64,000 nucleotides of DNA from Candidatus Parcubacteria bacterium (lineage in GTDB: Bacteria > Patescibacteriota > Minisyncoccia > JACPXH01). Positions 49,548 to 59,331 of this stretch are shown here, piece after piece. The position numbers were made by a program, and so were the translations under genes. Each line of letters opens with the position of its first letter. Within the stretch, counting starts at the first letter, position 1. The notes under the pieces were generated by a model. It had not been told where the DNA came from. It did no database searches and worked only from the letters and a program-made list of their open reading frames with translations. The stretch lies in NCBI GenBank assembly GCA_016196625.1, contig JACPXH010000004.1, positions 1,711-65,710 of the forward strand, written 5' to 3'.

Positions 49548-50714
49548 ATGAGCGCTTTAAAACCATACACCCTTATTGCGGTTGTTGTCCTTCTCGCTGG
49601 GACGATCTACTTCATTAACTCAAACAGTGTGAGAAAAGGTGGGTCAAGCGAACCGGTTTCAGTTATGCCACGATCCTCCTCTGGATCCAACGAAGTAAAA
49701 AAAGATACAATGCCCAGTAAATATCTTTCTGCGGAAGCAAAATCAAAACGCTATGAACTGGCCAAGGAAGTTACCACCCCCGATGGTTTTATAAATACGG
49801 ACGGGAGGCCCATAACGATCAGTGGCCTTATTGGCAAGAAGATTATTCTGGTTGATTTTTGGACATACAGTTGTATCAACTGTCAGCGTACCACCCCGTA
49901 TCTAAACGCATGGTACGAAAAATACAAGGACAAGGGCTTTGTTATTATTGGGGTGCATACGCCGGAATTTGAATTTGAAAAAGACTACAATAACGTAAAG
50001 GCGGCCGTGGAAAAATTTGGTATTAAATTCCCCATCGTGCTTGATAACGATTACTCAACGTGGACTGCGTACAAGAATCAATATTGGCCAAGGAAATACC
50101 TAATTGATATTGACGGCTACATCGTCTATGACCACATCGGCGAGGGTGGATATGAAGAAACGGAACAAAAAATTCAAGAAGTGCTGGGTGAACGGATGGC
50201 CGTCCTCGGCGAAAATGGGACTATTGATCAGTCAGTAACAAAAGAGATACCCGTTCCGGGCGGGTCCAGGAGTCCCGAAACGTACTTTGGTGCCAGCCGC
50301 AATCAACTCTTGGGGAACGGAACACCAGGTGTTGCCGGAGATCAAAAAAATCTCACCATCCCTGCCAAACTTAATCTTAATGCCCTGTATCTTTCTGGGG
50401 ATTGGGATATTACAAATGAATTTGCCCAAAATACCTCGCCCGAAACTCGCATCATATACAAATACAGCGCGAAGGATGTTTTCTTTGTTTCCCAATCAAA
50501 TACGGAGACAGTCATCGAAGTTCTGCGCGATGGAAAACCTCTTGGAGCAGAAGCGGGAGCGGATGCTATAAAAACTTCTGATGGAAAAACGGTTGTGAAA
50601 ATAAAAGAAGCGCGCCTCTACAAAATTATTCAAGACAATCAATCAGAAGTCCACACCCTCGAATTCAGAATTCCAAAATCGGGACTCAAAGCGTTTACCT
50701 TTACTTTTGGTTAG
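49548..50714 (+). CDS. Membrane-anchored thiol-disulfide oxidoreductase (TlpA/ResA-like redoxin) with C-terminal extension
   Basis: Redoxin motif LVDFWTYSCINCQRTTPYLNAWYEKYKDKGFVIIGVHTPEF (CxxC). N-terminal TM. Roughly 170-aa C-terminal domain of unknown function. Confidence 0.65.
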   Translation: MSALKPYTLIAVVVLLAGTIYFINSNSVRKGGSSEPVSVMPRSSSGSNEVKKDTMPSKYLSAEAKSKRYELAKEVTTPDGFINTDGRPITISGLIGKKIILVDFWTYSCINCQRTTPYLNAWYEKYKDKGFVIIGVHTPEFEFEKDYNNVKAAVEKFGIKFPIVLDNDYSTWTAYKNQYWPRKYLIDIDGYIVYDHIGEGGYEETEQKIQEVLGERMAVLGENGTIDQSVTKEIPVPGGSRSPETYFGASRNQLLGNGTPGVAGDQKNLTIPAKLNLNALYLSGDWDITNEFAQNTSPETRIIYKYSAKDVFFVSQSNTETVIEVLRDGKPLGAEAGADAIKTSDGKTVVKIKEARLYKIIQDNQSEVHTLEFRIPKSGLKAFTFTFG

Positions 50715-50932
50715 CTTTAAACCGCTGCCACTTCCAAGAACTTCAAGCGAGGACGCAGCTGGAAGGGCTTCGGCCGTGAACTCAGGACCCAACTGCTCAG
50801 CCGAACGGAGGGTGTATAGAGGCCAGCCCTGCCGCCGGACTCGTGAGCGGAATCATAATCAATGGGCGGCACACAGTGCCGCCCATTGATTCGTCGGTCA
50901 ATCCGCCAGCTGGCGGACGGAAAATCTAATTG

Positions 50933-51006
50933 TGGAGCGGGTGAGCGGAATCGAACCGCCGTTCCTAGCTTGGGAAGCTAGCGTACTACCACTGTACTAC
51001 ACCCGC
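50933..51006 (-). tRNA. tRNA-Gly (anticodon CCC) with encoded CCA
   Basis: Minus-strand cloverleaf: GCGGGTG acceptor, anticodon loop TTCCCAA, T-arm GGCGGTTCGATTCCGCT, CCA. Confidence 0.85.
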
Positions 51007-51138
51007 GGCACCCGCTCACATTGTCTAAAGCGTACACGGTTGCGTCAACCCCGCTAGAAAACAATGTCTTGTTTTGCGAAAATAGAAGGGCCTCTCTTAC
51101 AGACGAACGGACAGAAAAAGATGCAACGAACGAGTTTT

Positions 51139-51576
51139 CTAACGGGGCGGGCGCACGCCGAAAAAATAATCCCACCATGAGAGCGCGTTTGCCATGAACC
51201 CGGATGACGACGGGGGGCTTGGCGGCGCCGGGAGAGACTCGTTAGTCTGTGGCCGAGCCTGCTCTACAACCCCCGCGCCCGGCACGAGCACGACCACCCT
51301 CTCCCCTTCCCGGCGGAGGTTGAGCCTAACTTTTGCTTCGCGCTCAAGTGTGTCGGGGTTCTTGAGGGCGGCCAAGAGCGTACGCAACGCCTCGCGATTC
51401 GCTTCAAGCTCGGCTCGATCAAAGCGAACCTCTTGGGCGTGCCGCTCCACCACATAGCTACGTCTGAACTCCCGCCAGACCGCAACCCCCAAGGCCGAGC
51501 CGATCGCCACGCACACCACCACCAGCCACCAAACCTTGGTGGCGACGGGACGCTTTACTTGTCCATCTCCTACCAT
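51139..51576 (-). CDS. Septum formation initiator (FtsB/DivIC-like)
   Basis: N-terminal TM VWWLVVVCVAIGSALGVAV, then coiled coil (RAELEANREALRTLLAAL) and REGERVV. Confidence 0.5.
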   Translation of the reverse strand: MVGDGQVKRPVATKVWWLVVVCVAIGSALGVAVWREFRRSYVVERHAQEVRFDRAELEANREALRTLLAALKNPDTLEREAKVRLNLRREGERVVVLVPGAGVVEQARPQTNESLPAPPSPPSSSGFMANALSWWDYFFGVRPPR

Positions 51577-51751
51577 GAAAGTATAATCAAGTTCATGCGC
51601 GTACGGAAAAGAAAAACGGTTCGGATCCTGTGGGCGGTTATCGTGGTGATCACGTCGCTATCCATGATCATCTATTTGCTCTTGCCGATTTTCAGCGGCT
51701 TTTAGTTTTAGGTTGAGGTTTAGATTGAGGCACTAACGCGTAAGCAGTACC

Positions 51752-51946
51752 ATGGTTGTTTACGCCAAACACCGAGCAAACGAACTCTTGAGCGGCGTCT
51801 GAGGGCGAGCGGCCATGGTGTCCGCCAGCTGGCGGACGAGCGAGCCCGAAGAGCAGCGAAAATCATCGCTGGGGATTTTCGCGTAGCGAGAGAGCTCGTC
51901 TGTTCGGTGAGTCGACCACCTTCTGTTGTAAACGTGAACAACGCTC
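51752..51946. mobile_element. MITE-like palindromic element, copy 4 (variant carrying the 16-bp palindrome)
   Basis: Outer arms ggttgtttacg / gttgtaaacgtgaacaacgct. Core gagcggc..gagcgg..gcagcgaaaatcatcgctggggattttcgcgtagcgag. The central segment is replaced by tccgccagctggcgga. Confidence 0.55.
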
Positions 51947-51959
51947 ATAAATCTTGCAA

Positions 51960-53867
51960 TCAACGCGTTTTGAGCATCTCGAGGAAGGTTCTGGCCGGAA
52001 TCGTCATCTGCCCCAACGCTTTCAGCTTCGCTTTCCCGCGCTTTTGCTTTTCCAGAAGCTTGCGCTTTCTCGTATAGTCTCCGCCGTACAGATACCCGGT
52101 TACGTCTTTGCGTAGCGCCGGGATCGTTTCGCGCGCGACAATCGTCCCGCCCACCGCGGCCTGCAGCGCCACCGCGAAATTCTGGCGCGGCAAGACTGCT
52201 TTGAGTTTCTCCACGCGGCTGCGACCAATCTCTGGCGCCCGCTCGCGCGGCACGAGCAGGGCCAAGGCCTCGACGGGTGAACCGGCAACCAAAATCGAAA
52301 GCTTCACAATATCTCCCGGCCGGTACCCGACAAGTTCGTAACTCATGGAAGCGTAGCCCGAGGAGATGCTTTTGAGCTGATCGTGGAAGTCAACAATAAC
52401 TTCAGCGAGAGGTGCCTCCGCCCGCACCAAGAGTCGGCCCTCGCCGAAGGCTTCCGTGGAGAGCACCGCGCCGCGGTGGCGACGCAGGAGCTTCGACAGT
52501 TCACCGAAGAGGTTGAGGGGCGCAAAGATTTCCAGCCGCACCCACGGTTCACGCACCTCTAGATCGCTCGGGTTGACGGGGAAGTCGCCGGCAGAAACGA
52601 TTATGTCCGCAATACCGCCAGCGGTGCGAATTTCGTAGGCGACCGAGGGCGAGGTAACAACGACCTCGAGACCATACTCGCGCTCGAGGCGCTCACGGAC
52701 AATCTCAAGGTGCAACAACCCCAAGAATCCGCACCGAAACCCCCGACCCAGGGCTGAAGCAGATTCGGCGGTAAAGACAAGTGCGGCATCGTTGAGCTGC
52801 AACTTGAGGAGAGCATCGCGGAGCGCTTCGACAGGATCGCGCTTCTGGCGCCCGGCGCTGGAGGTTTGCGTCTGACTGGGGTAGAAACTGGCAAAGACCA
52901 TGGGACGCACCTCCTGATAGCCAGGGAGCGCTTCGGGGAATTTTGTGTTTTGTGCTTGGTGTTTTGTAATCGTATCACCCACGCGCACGAGACGCGGCTC
53001 CTTAAGACCCGTCGCCACATAGCCGATTTCCCCCGGCCCCAGACGCACTACGGCGAAAAGTTCGGGCGCGAACACCCCGACTTCTACCGCTTCGCACACG
53101 GCCTTGCTGCCCAGAAACGCCAGAGTATCTCCCGTCAATACCTCGCCGTCAACTATGCGCACGTAAGCCACAATGCCCTTATACGGATCGAAGTGCGAAT
53201 CAAAAATCAGCGCCCGGAGCGCGCCGCCGGGGATACCGAGAGGCGACGGGACGGCACGAACGATACGCTCCAAGAGTTCGGGCACGCCCTGCCCGGTTTT
53301 GCCCGAGATATAAAGGATGTCTTGGCCCGGAGTTCCACCGACGAGTTGCCTTAACTGGGTCGCGGTCGCCTCAACTTGCGCTGAAGCAATATCAACTTTG
53401 TTGACCACCGGCACCACCGTCAAGCGTTCTTCCTGGGCTAAGTGAAAGTTGGCGAGCGTCTGGGCCTGGACCCCCTGGGTGGCATCCACCAAGAGGACCG
53501 CCCCCTCAACCGCCGCCAGCGCCCGGGAGACTTCATAAGAAAAATCAGTATGGCCTGGCGTGTCTATCAGATTCAGAATAAATTCTGGGTCTGGAATGTT
53601 AAAACCGTTTTGGGTTTTGGGTTTTGCCTGCCCGCCGAAGCCTCGGCGCAGGCGGGGGTTTTGGGTTTGCGAATGCCAGCGCATCCGGACCGGCTGCATT
53701 TTAATGGTAATCCCCCGCTCACGTTCAAGCGGCATGGCATCCAAAAACTGCGCTCGCATCTTGCGCGGATCAACCGTGTTGGTAATTTCCAGCAGTCGAT
53801 CGGCCAACGTGGATTTCCCGTGATCCACGTGACTGATGATGACGAAGTTGCGAATCTGCGACTCCAT
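51960..53867 (-). CDS. lepA: Elongation factor 4 (LepA) with an in-frame roughly 28-aa insertion in the G domain
   Basis: ISHVDHGKSTLADRL G1, DTPGH G3, NKVD G4, and the LepA-specific C-terminal domain. Extra segment WHSQTQNPRLRRGFGGQAKPKTQNGFNIPDPE between the switch region and DTPGH. Confidence 0.85.
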   Translation of the reverse strand: MESQIRNFVIISHVDHGKSTLADRLLEITNTVDPRKMRAQFLDAMPLERERGITIKMQPVRMRWHSQTQNPRLRRGFGGQAKPKTQNGFNIPDPEFILNLIDTPGHTDFSYEVSRALAAVEGAVLLVDATQGVQAQTLANFHLAQEERLTVVPVVNKVDIASAQVEATATQLRQLVGGTPGQDILYISGKTGQGVPELLERIVRAVPSPLGIPGGALRALIFDSHFDPYKGIVAYVRIVDGEVLTGDTLAFLGSKAVCEAVEVGVFAPELFAVVRLGPGEIGYVATGLKEPRLVRVGDTITKHQAQNTKFPEALPGYQEVRPMVFASFYPSQTQTSSAGRQKRDPVEALRDALLKLQLNDAALVFTAESASALGRGFRCGFLGLLHLEIVRERLEREYGLEVVVTSPSVAYEIRTAGGIADIIVSAGDFPVNPSDLEVREPWVRLEIFAPLNLFGELSKLLRRHRGAVLSTEAFGEGRLLVRAEAPLAEVIVDFHDQLKSISSGYASMSYELVGYRPGDIVKLSILVAGSPVEALALLVPRERAPEIGRSRVEKLKAVLPRQNFAVALQAAVGGTIVARETIPALRKDVTGYLYGGDYTRKRKLLEKQKRGKAKLKALGQMTIPARTFLEMLKTR

Positions 53868-53878
53868 GGCGAGAGAAA

Positions 53879-55561
53879 TTACCGGAGATCTTCTTCCTCC
53901 CTAATCGCCGCGGGCACGAACTCCCGCCAGAATGCGAGCCGCCGGACGACCGGCGCCAAGATCATCATCTCGCGGCAACCAAACAAGTACGCCACAACCA
54001 CGTACGCCGTGAGCCCCATCGCTGCCGCACCAACTCCCTGCGTGAACACGCCGACGGTGGACTGCATGTTGACTACTGCGGCTAAAACTCTTAGGCCGCC
54101 GTAGGTGGCGAGAGCCAACGCGCCGGCGGCAACGAACATCTTAGCGAAGGCCGGGACCACCTCACGGTGAAAGCCATCTCTCATTTCCCGCGCCGCAAAG
54201 AGGTAAAGGAGAGTCGCATTGAAAAACGAAGCGAGCGAAAACGCCAGCACGAGCGCGAGTACTCTGGTGTCGGCCAGATCTTGAACCCGCAACAGTATGG
54301 CCAAGAAGTTTGACCCGGAGAAAACCGGCACGAGCGCTCCGGCGAGCACCACGGTCAACGCCACCGCTGCAATTCCGATCCCCACGGGTACGGCGGTTTT
54401 ATGCCGGCTATAGAAAGCGCGCACAAGGAGCGGAATCACCCCTTGGGCTACGATGGAAATTGCAAACAGACCCAGGGCAGCTGCGGTGAGCCGCGTATCA
54501 ACCCACCCAAACTTCCCAAAGCCGTAAAAAACGCGCACGATCTGCGCCCGGAGTATCACAAGTAACGCCGCGAGCGGCACGAGAAAAAAGAGGATTTCTC
54601 GCAGTGTGTGCGAGAGCGTTGTCCGGAACTTTACGATGTTCCCCTCGGCCCACGCCCGGCTCAACTTCGGAAACGCCGCGCTGGCAAAAGCCACGCCCAC
54701 CAGCCCAATGGGTACGCCCTGCAGATTGAGCGCAAGGTTGTAGACGCCAATGCTACCTGCGGCAAACGCCGAAGCCATGACCGCCACCACCACCTGCACG
54801 ATCTGGCCAAGCGCCAAGCCCACCGTCCGGGGTAAAGCCTGCGCAATAATCGTGCGCACCCCAACATGAAACATGCTTGAGAAATCCAAAAACCGAAAGT
54901 TGAGACCGGCTACGCCCACGAGGTGCAGGGCAAAAAAACTGATGGCACCCACTACCACTCCCCACGCCAACCCGGCCGGGCCGAGCACGGGCGTCAACAC
55001 CAGCGCGCCGAAGATAATGCCGAGGTTGTAGACCAGGGGTGCCGCGCTCACCATAAAGAAGCGCCGGAAATACTGCAAGGCACTGGCGAGCACGTTGGCC
55101 AACCCGAAGAAAACCGGGGAGAGAAACATAATCCGGGTGAGATCGACTGCGACTGCCCGGCGCTCGGGCGAAAAGCCTGGCACCACGAACCGCATGAAAT
55201 AAGGCGCAAAGAATATGGCGATTACAGCAAGCGCGCTAAACACAACCGCAAAGAGAGAAAATACGCCGCTCGCCACCCGCCACGCCTCGCCTTTGTCGCG
55301 CTCAAAATACCCGGCAAAGACCGGAATGAAAGCGGTCGAAATTGCGCCCACTACGAGAAGCGAATACAGCAAATCCGGCACCTGAAAGGCTGCGTAGTAT
55401 ACATCAAGGCCGGAAGCGCCAAACATCCCCGCCAGAATCCGATCCCGAACCAACCCCAACACCCGGCTCGCCAAGCCAAAACCGGCAATAAGAATGGCGG
55501 CACCGGTGATGGTCTCAGCCTCCAAACGCATGCCGTTGACCACTTTCTGCCACAACGTCAT
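53879..55561 (-). CDS. murJ: Lipid II flippase MurJ (MviN)
   Basis: Multi-TM MOP-superfamily protein. LASRVLGLVRDRILAGMFGAS N-terminal signature. The ORF track extends to 55699; start taken at MTLWQKVVNG. Confidence 0.75.
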   Translation of the reverse strand: MTLWQKVVNGMRLEAETITGAAILIAGFGLASRVLGLVRDRILAGMFGASGLDVYYAAFQVPDLLYSLLVVGAISTAFIPVFAGYFERDKGEAWRVASGVFSLFAVVFSALAVIAIFFAPYFMRFVVPGFSPERRAVAVDLTRIMFLSPVFFGLANVLASALQYFRRFFMVSAAPLVYNLGIIFGALVLTPVLGPAGLAWGVVVGAISFFALHLVGVAGLNFRFLDFSSMFHVGVRTIIAQALPRTVGLALGQIVQVVVAVMASAFAAGSIGVYNLALNLQGVPIGLVGVAFASAAFPKLSRAWAEGNIVKFRTTLSHTLREILFFLVPLAALLVILRAQIVRVFYGFGKFGWVDTRLTAAALGLFAISIVAQGVIPLLVRAFYSRHKTAVPVGIGIAAVALTVVLAGALVPVFSGSNFLAILLRVQDLADTRVLALVLAFSLASFFNATLLYLFAAREMRDGFHREVVPAFAKMFVAAGALALATYGGLRVLAAVVNMQSTVGVFTQGVGAAAMGLTAYVVVAYLFGCREMMILAPVVRRLAFWREFVPAAIREEEDLR

Positions 55562-58188
55562 GGTGTGGTTACGGACACGGAACTGAACCAATCCTCTGCC
55601 AAAACGCCCTCCTCCCGGCCCGAACCAGACAATTGCCAGCCCTGCGGCACAATCACCTCGTGGCTGAAACGGGCGGCCGTACCAGGCTGCTTTTGCCAAA
55701 GGAAGGTGTAAGGTTTGACACTATGCACCTGCCACGGCAGGCGATAGCGGTACTGAACCACCGTACTCTGGCCGGGACTCGTAAAAACCCAGTTGCCAAA
55801 CACGGTCTTGCCTGATTCGCGTGAGATTGTGGTGCCGGAAACCGGATCAACTCTGGTGCTCTGCTCGAGCCCTTTGATGTCCGCATCTTCCCTGAAGCCG
55901 GCCAGCTTATAATCGATCGGGTCTGGGACGTCGCCCCGGGTATAGCCTGAAGCCGAAACCAATTCGCTCCCCGCTGGCACGTACACCCGCAACCACTCGG
56001 TGTTGACCTGGTTCCAAAAAGAATACGGCGCATGCCCGCCGCGGTGGGTGCGGCGGATCGTGACCGTAGCCGTGAGCGAACCGTCGGCCTCGATCTGAAC
56101 CTCATGGCGCAGTTCGTCGTCGGTTACGTAGTCGCTCTTGAAGCCGTTGAGATTCGTGTGCACCACCGCCAAGTAGTCTCCGGCGCTAGAGCGCACCTCG
56201 CCGCCCCAGCCTCGGCGGACGGCTTCAGCCTCAAGTGCTTCGTCCACGAAGTAGAGCAAAATATCCTTGTGCTCAAGGCCGGCTGACCAGGACTCGACCA
56301 CCCGCGCAAGGCGAGCGCCGTCCAACCCTTCCAGTCGGGCCAACAGTTGCGGCACAAGATCGGCCAAAAACTGCTTGGGACGGTTGAGCGTGCGATCATA
56401 TTCCAACTCAACTTCGCGCTGGGCCACTTCGACAAAGTTATCGGCCGTAACCGTTTCGTGGTAGTCCGGCATCTCGATGGGGCCGGTAATCTTGAGTAGC
56501 CGAACGAGCACCGCCGGCGTCACGGCCATCACGCCGTCCACGCTCGGTTCGCCGGTTTTCTCGTAAAACCAAGCGATCTTCTGAGCCGAAGTGGGATAGT
56601 CGAAAAACCAGTTGGCATCATGCATTGACCACGCCGTGGAGATGCGCCGCACCGGTTTGGGCGGCACCACTTTGACCGAGAGCTGCCCGTCCGGGTTGAA
56701 AATGCCGTCAACGACCAAGCTCCTGAGACGCAAACGATCAAACTCGAGAATGCCATAAGTACCAAGGAAGCCGCCGGTCGGGCGCAGCTCGCTTGGGTTC
56801 TGGAAAAGCACGAGCAGCCGCGAAGGCCGATCCCTGCCGAGGAGCGGACTCCAAAAATCAAACTCGGATTTGAGAGCCCGCGCCCCCGAGAGCGTGGGCG
56901 GCAGGAATACTCCAAGCTCGGCGAAGGAACCGCGCGCTTCGGCCGGCACGTTGGCAAGAACAATCTGGTGCCTCAAGCGTTCAGCGCGCTCCAAGTTTGC
57001 AATCGCGCCATCCAGATGCACCTTGGCCTCACCCAAAGGCGAGGGCGAACCAGAAGCGTCGCCCAAAATAACGGTCAAAGACCTTCCGGACGTTAACAGT
57101 TCGCCTAGGGCAGCGGCGTGCTCACCGCCGGCTGCCAACGCCTCGCCGGTCGCGAGCGCTCGCTTTGCTTCCTTGACCGGAGAGCTAAACGGATACCACT
57201 GGAACGCGGCCAGTAGGAGCCGGCCGGCGAGGCCCAGCGAGGATTGCGCTTCGACAAACTTTAGACGAGCCGACCCAAAGACGCTCCGGGCGCCGAGAAA
57301 ATCTCTCGTCTGCAAACGCTCAACGCCTTCACTGATACTCCGAAAACCCTGGAAACTGCGGGTAACGATGATGGACTCGACCGCCATGAGGCGCCCCACC
57401 AGCGCTGCACCAACCAAGACAGCGGCAAGCCCCATGACCGCGCCAACAAATCCCTTGAGTTCCCGGCGCCGCTCGCGCCACGAGGGCCAGAGAGCCCCCG
57501 CGCGCGCGCTCGCAAGTCCGGCCAACTCCGTTGCCACGGCACTGGGGTGTTTTACCCAACGCACCAGAAGGCCATCAGCTCCTGCCGGTGGATGAATGGT
57601 TGGTGCGTAGGCCTTCGGTGCGGGGTTCCGCCCCGCCACCGAAGTACGAGGTGCCGCCGACTCCCGTCGGCGGGGCTCCACGTTGGGCAACCATACTCCT
57701 GCTCCAGCGAGAACTCCGTTCTTAACGGAACGATCTTCTGGTGGTAGCGAGGTAGAAGCCGGGGCAGACAGCCACGGGTCTTCAGTGGGCCCAACCTCCG
57801 GTTCAATCGCTTCCACCGCCACCGAGAATGGTTCAACTGCCTGCGCTCGTAGAGTGGAGACGACTGACAGCGGTAGAGCGCGCGGTTCTTTGGGTTTGGT
57901 CAGCGCCGGCCCAAGGTTCGTGCGCGCCAGAATGGCCTGCAGCTTTGCATCACGCCTATAGACAGCTTCGAGGTCGGCTAAAACCTGTTCCTTGGTAAGC
58001 GGTAGGTCCGCAGTTGGTTCGTCTGTGCTACCCGCGCGCACCCGAACTCGCACTCCAGTGTCGGGAGGGCGTTTGAAAACGCGGGTCAAATCTAAAATAC
58101 CCTCAACTCGCTTGATTGTTTCGATATCCACCTCCCCATCTCGTCGGCGAGGGCGTACATCGAAGAGTTGAGGAAAAACATTCCTCAT
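55558..58188 (-). CDS. Large membrane-anchored DUF4012-like protein in the glycan biosynthesis cluster
   Basis: 876 aa. Proline-rich N-terminal region, TM helix, then a large extracytoplasmic domain (SVDGVMAVTPAVLVRLLKITGPIEMPDYHETVTADNFVEV...) consistent with DUF4012. Confidence 0.45.
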   Translation of the reverse strand: MRNVFPQLFDVRPRRRDGEVDIETIKRVEGILDLTRVFKRPPDTGVRVRVRAGSTDEPTADLPLTKEQVLADLEAVYRRDAKLQAILARTNLGPALTKPKEPRALPLSVVSTLRAQAVEPFSVAVEAIEPEVGPTEDPWLSAPASTSLPPEDRSVKNGVLAGAGVWLPNVEPRRRESAAPRTSVAGRNPAPKAYAPTIHPPAGADGLLVRWVKHPSAVATELAGLASARAGALWPSWRERRRELKGFVGAVMGLAAVLVGAALVGRLMAVESIIVTRSFQGFRSISEGVERLQTRDFLGARSVFGSARLKFVEAQSSLGLAGRLLLAAFQWYPFSSPVKEAKRALATGEALAAGGEHAAALGELLTSGRSLTVILGDASGSPSPLGEAKVHLDGAIANLERAERLRHQIVLANVPAEARGSFAELGVFLPPTLSGARALKSEFDFWSPLLGRDRPSRLLVLFQNPSELRPTGGFLGTYGILEFDRLRLRSLVVDGIFNPDGQLSVKVVPPKPVRRISTAWSMHDANWFFDYPTSAQKIAWFYEKTGEPSVDGVMAVTPAVLVRLLKITGPIEMPDYHETVTADNFVEVAQREVELEYDRTLNRPKQFLADLVPQLLARLEGLDGARLARVVESWSAGLEHKDILLYFVDEALEAEAVRRGWGGEVRSSAGDYLAVVHTNLNGFKSDYVTDDELRHEVQIEADGSLTATVTIRRTHRGGHAPYSFWNQVNTEWLRVYVPAGSELVSASGYTRGDVPDPIDYKLAGFREDADIKGLEQSTRVDPVSGTTISRESGKTVFGNWVFTSPGQSTVVQYRYRLPWQVHSVKPYTFLWQKQPGTAARFSHEVIVPQGWQLSGSGREEGVLAEDWFSSVSVTTP

Positions 58189-58197
58189 TAGCTTTCA

Positions 58198-59331
58198 TTA
58201 TAGCACGTCCGGGGCACTCCCGGGCCCAAGCGCCTGCCGGTAGACGGCGTAGGTCTGGCGCGCAGTCTGGGCCCAAGAAAATTTTTCTAGCGGAAAGTAA
58301 GCTGATCGCTCTTCGCCGGTGGCAAGCGCTCTCAGGTCGCGAGCAAACCCTACCGGATCGCGCGCATCGGTAAAGAAGGCCGCCTCGCCCAACACCTCTG
58401 GCAGTGCGGTGCCACGGTGAGCGAGCACTTTCGTGCCTGCGGCCAACGCCTCCAGTGGCGGCAGACCGAAACCCTCATAGAGAGACGGACAGACGTAAGC
58501 AACCGCCGCCTCGTAGAGTGTGCGCAGATCGCTATCCGGGACAAAACCGATAAAGTGCACTCCGCGAATACCCGCGGTTCGAACCGCCTCGGCCAGACGT
58601 TCCGAAAAGCGATCACGGCTGCCCACAAGCACAAGATCCGGCGCTGCCGGCTCCCAACTCTGCAGCACACGGTAAGCCGCCACCAGCCCAGATACGTTTT
58701 TGTGGGGGTAGCAGCTGCCAACGTACAAGAAGTATGGCCGCGCGATTGAGTAGCGTTGCAAAACCGCACTGTGCGGCTCTGGGGCGCGCGCCAAGACCGA
58801 CACGCCCTCGGGGATAACCACGGTCCGCTCGGCGACGCGAGGCCACGCCGAAACAATCTGGGATTTTGTGAAGCGCGAGACGGCAATCACTGCGCGGGCA
58901 CGGCGCACCGCAGCACTAATCACCGCATGGTAGCCGAGACGTTTGAAGAGGTATGTCGGCCACGCGCGGGTCGAAGCAGCAATGGTCGGATAACGTTTTA
59001 AGATAAGATCGTGGATCGTAACCACGTAGGGAGTACGCGAAAACATCGGTACGTTGAAATGCAAAAAATGCACGAGGTCCACTCCGGCCGTCCGGATAAG
59101 CGCAGGAAACCGAGCTTGTTCAGCAATCGAATACCACGGGAAATCGGCCAGCACCTTTCGGAAGTTCGCACACTCGGGGCGGTAGGCGTCGTAGTTGTCC
59201 CGACGCAGAAAAACTAGGAACTCGTCAGCGGGCGTACTCTCGGCCTCGAGGTGCCGCACGAGTTCGGCGGTGTACCGACCCAGCCCCCGCCCGCCGGGGC
59301 CGTAAAAACGCGCATCAATGCCGACTCTCAT
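58198..59331 (-). CDS. GT4-family glycosyltransferase
   Basis: C-terminal EGFGLPPLEALAAGTKVLAHRGTALPEVLG (E-x7-E GT-B motif). Confidence 0.75.
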   Translation of the reverse strand: MRVGIDARFYGPGGRGLGRYTAELVRHLEAESTPADEFLVFLRRDNYDAYRPECANFRKVLADFPWYSIAEQARFPALIRTAGVDLVHFLHFNVPMFSRTPYVVTIHDLILKRYPTIAASTRAWPTYLFKRLGYHAVISAAVRRARAVIAVSRFTKSQIVSAWPRVAERTVVIPEGVSVLARAPEPHSAVLQRYSIARPYFLYVGSCYPHKNVSGLVAAYRVLQSWEPAAPDLVLVGSRDRFSERLAEAVRTAGIRGVHFIGFVPDSDLRTLYEAAVAYVCPSLYEGFGLPPLEALAAGTKVLAHRGTALPEVLGEAAFFTDARDPVGFARDLRALATGEERSAYFPLEKFSWAQTARQTYAVYRQALGPGSAPDVL

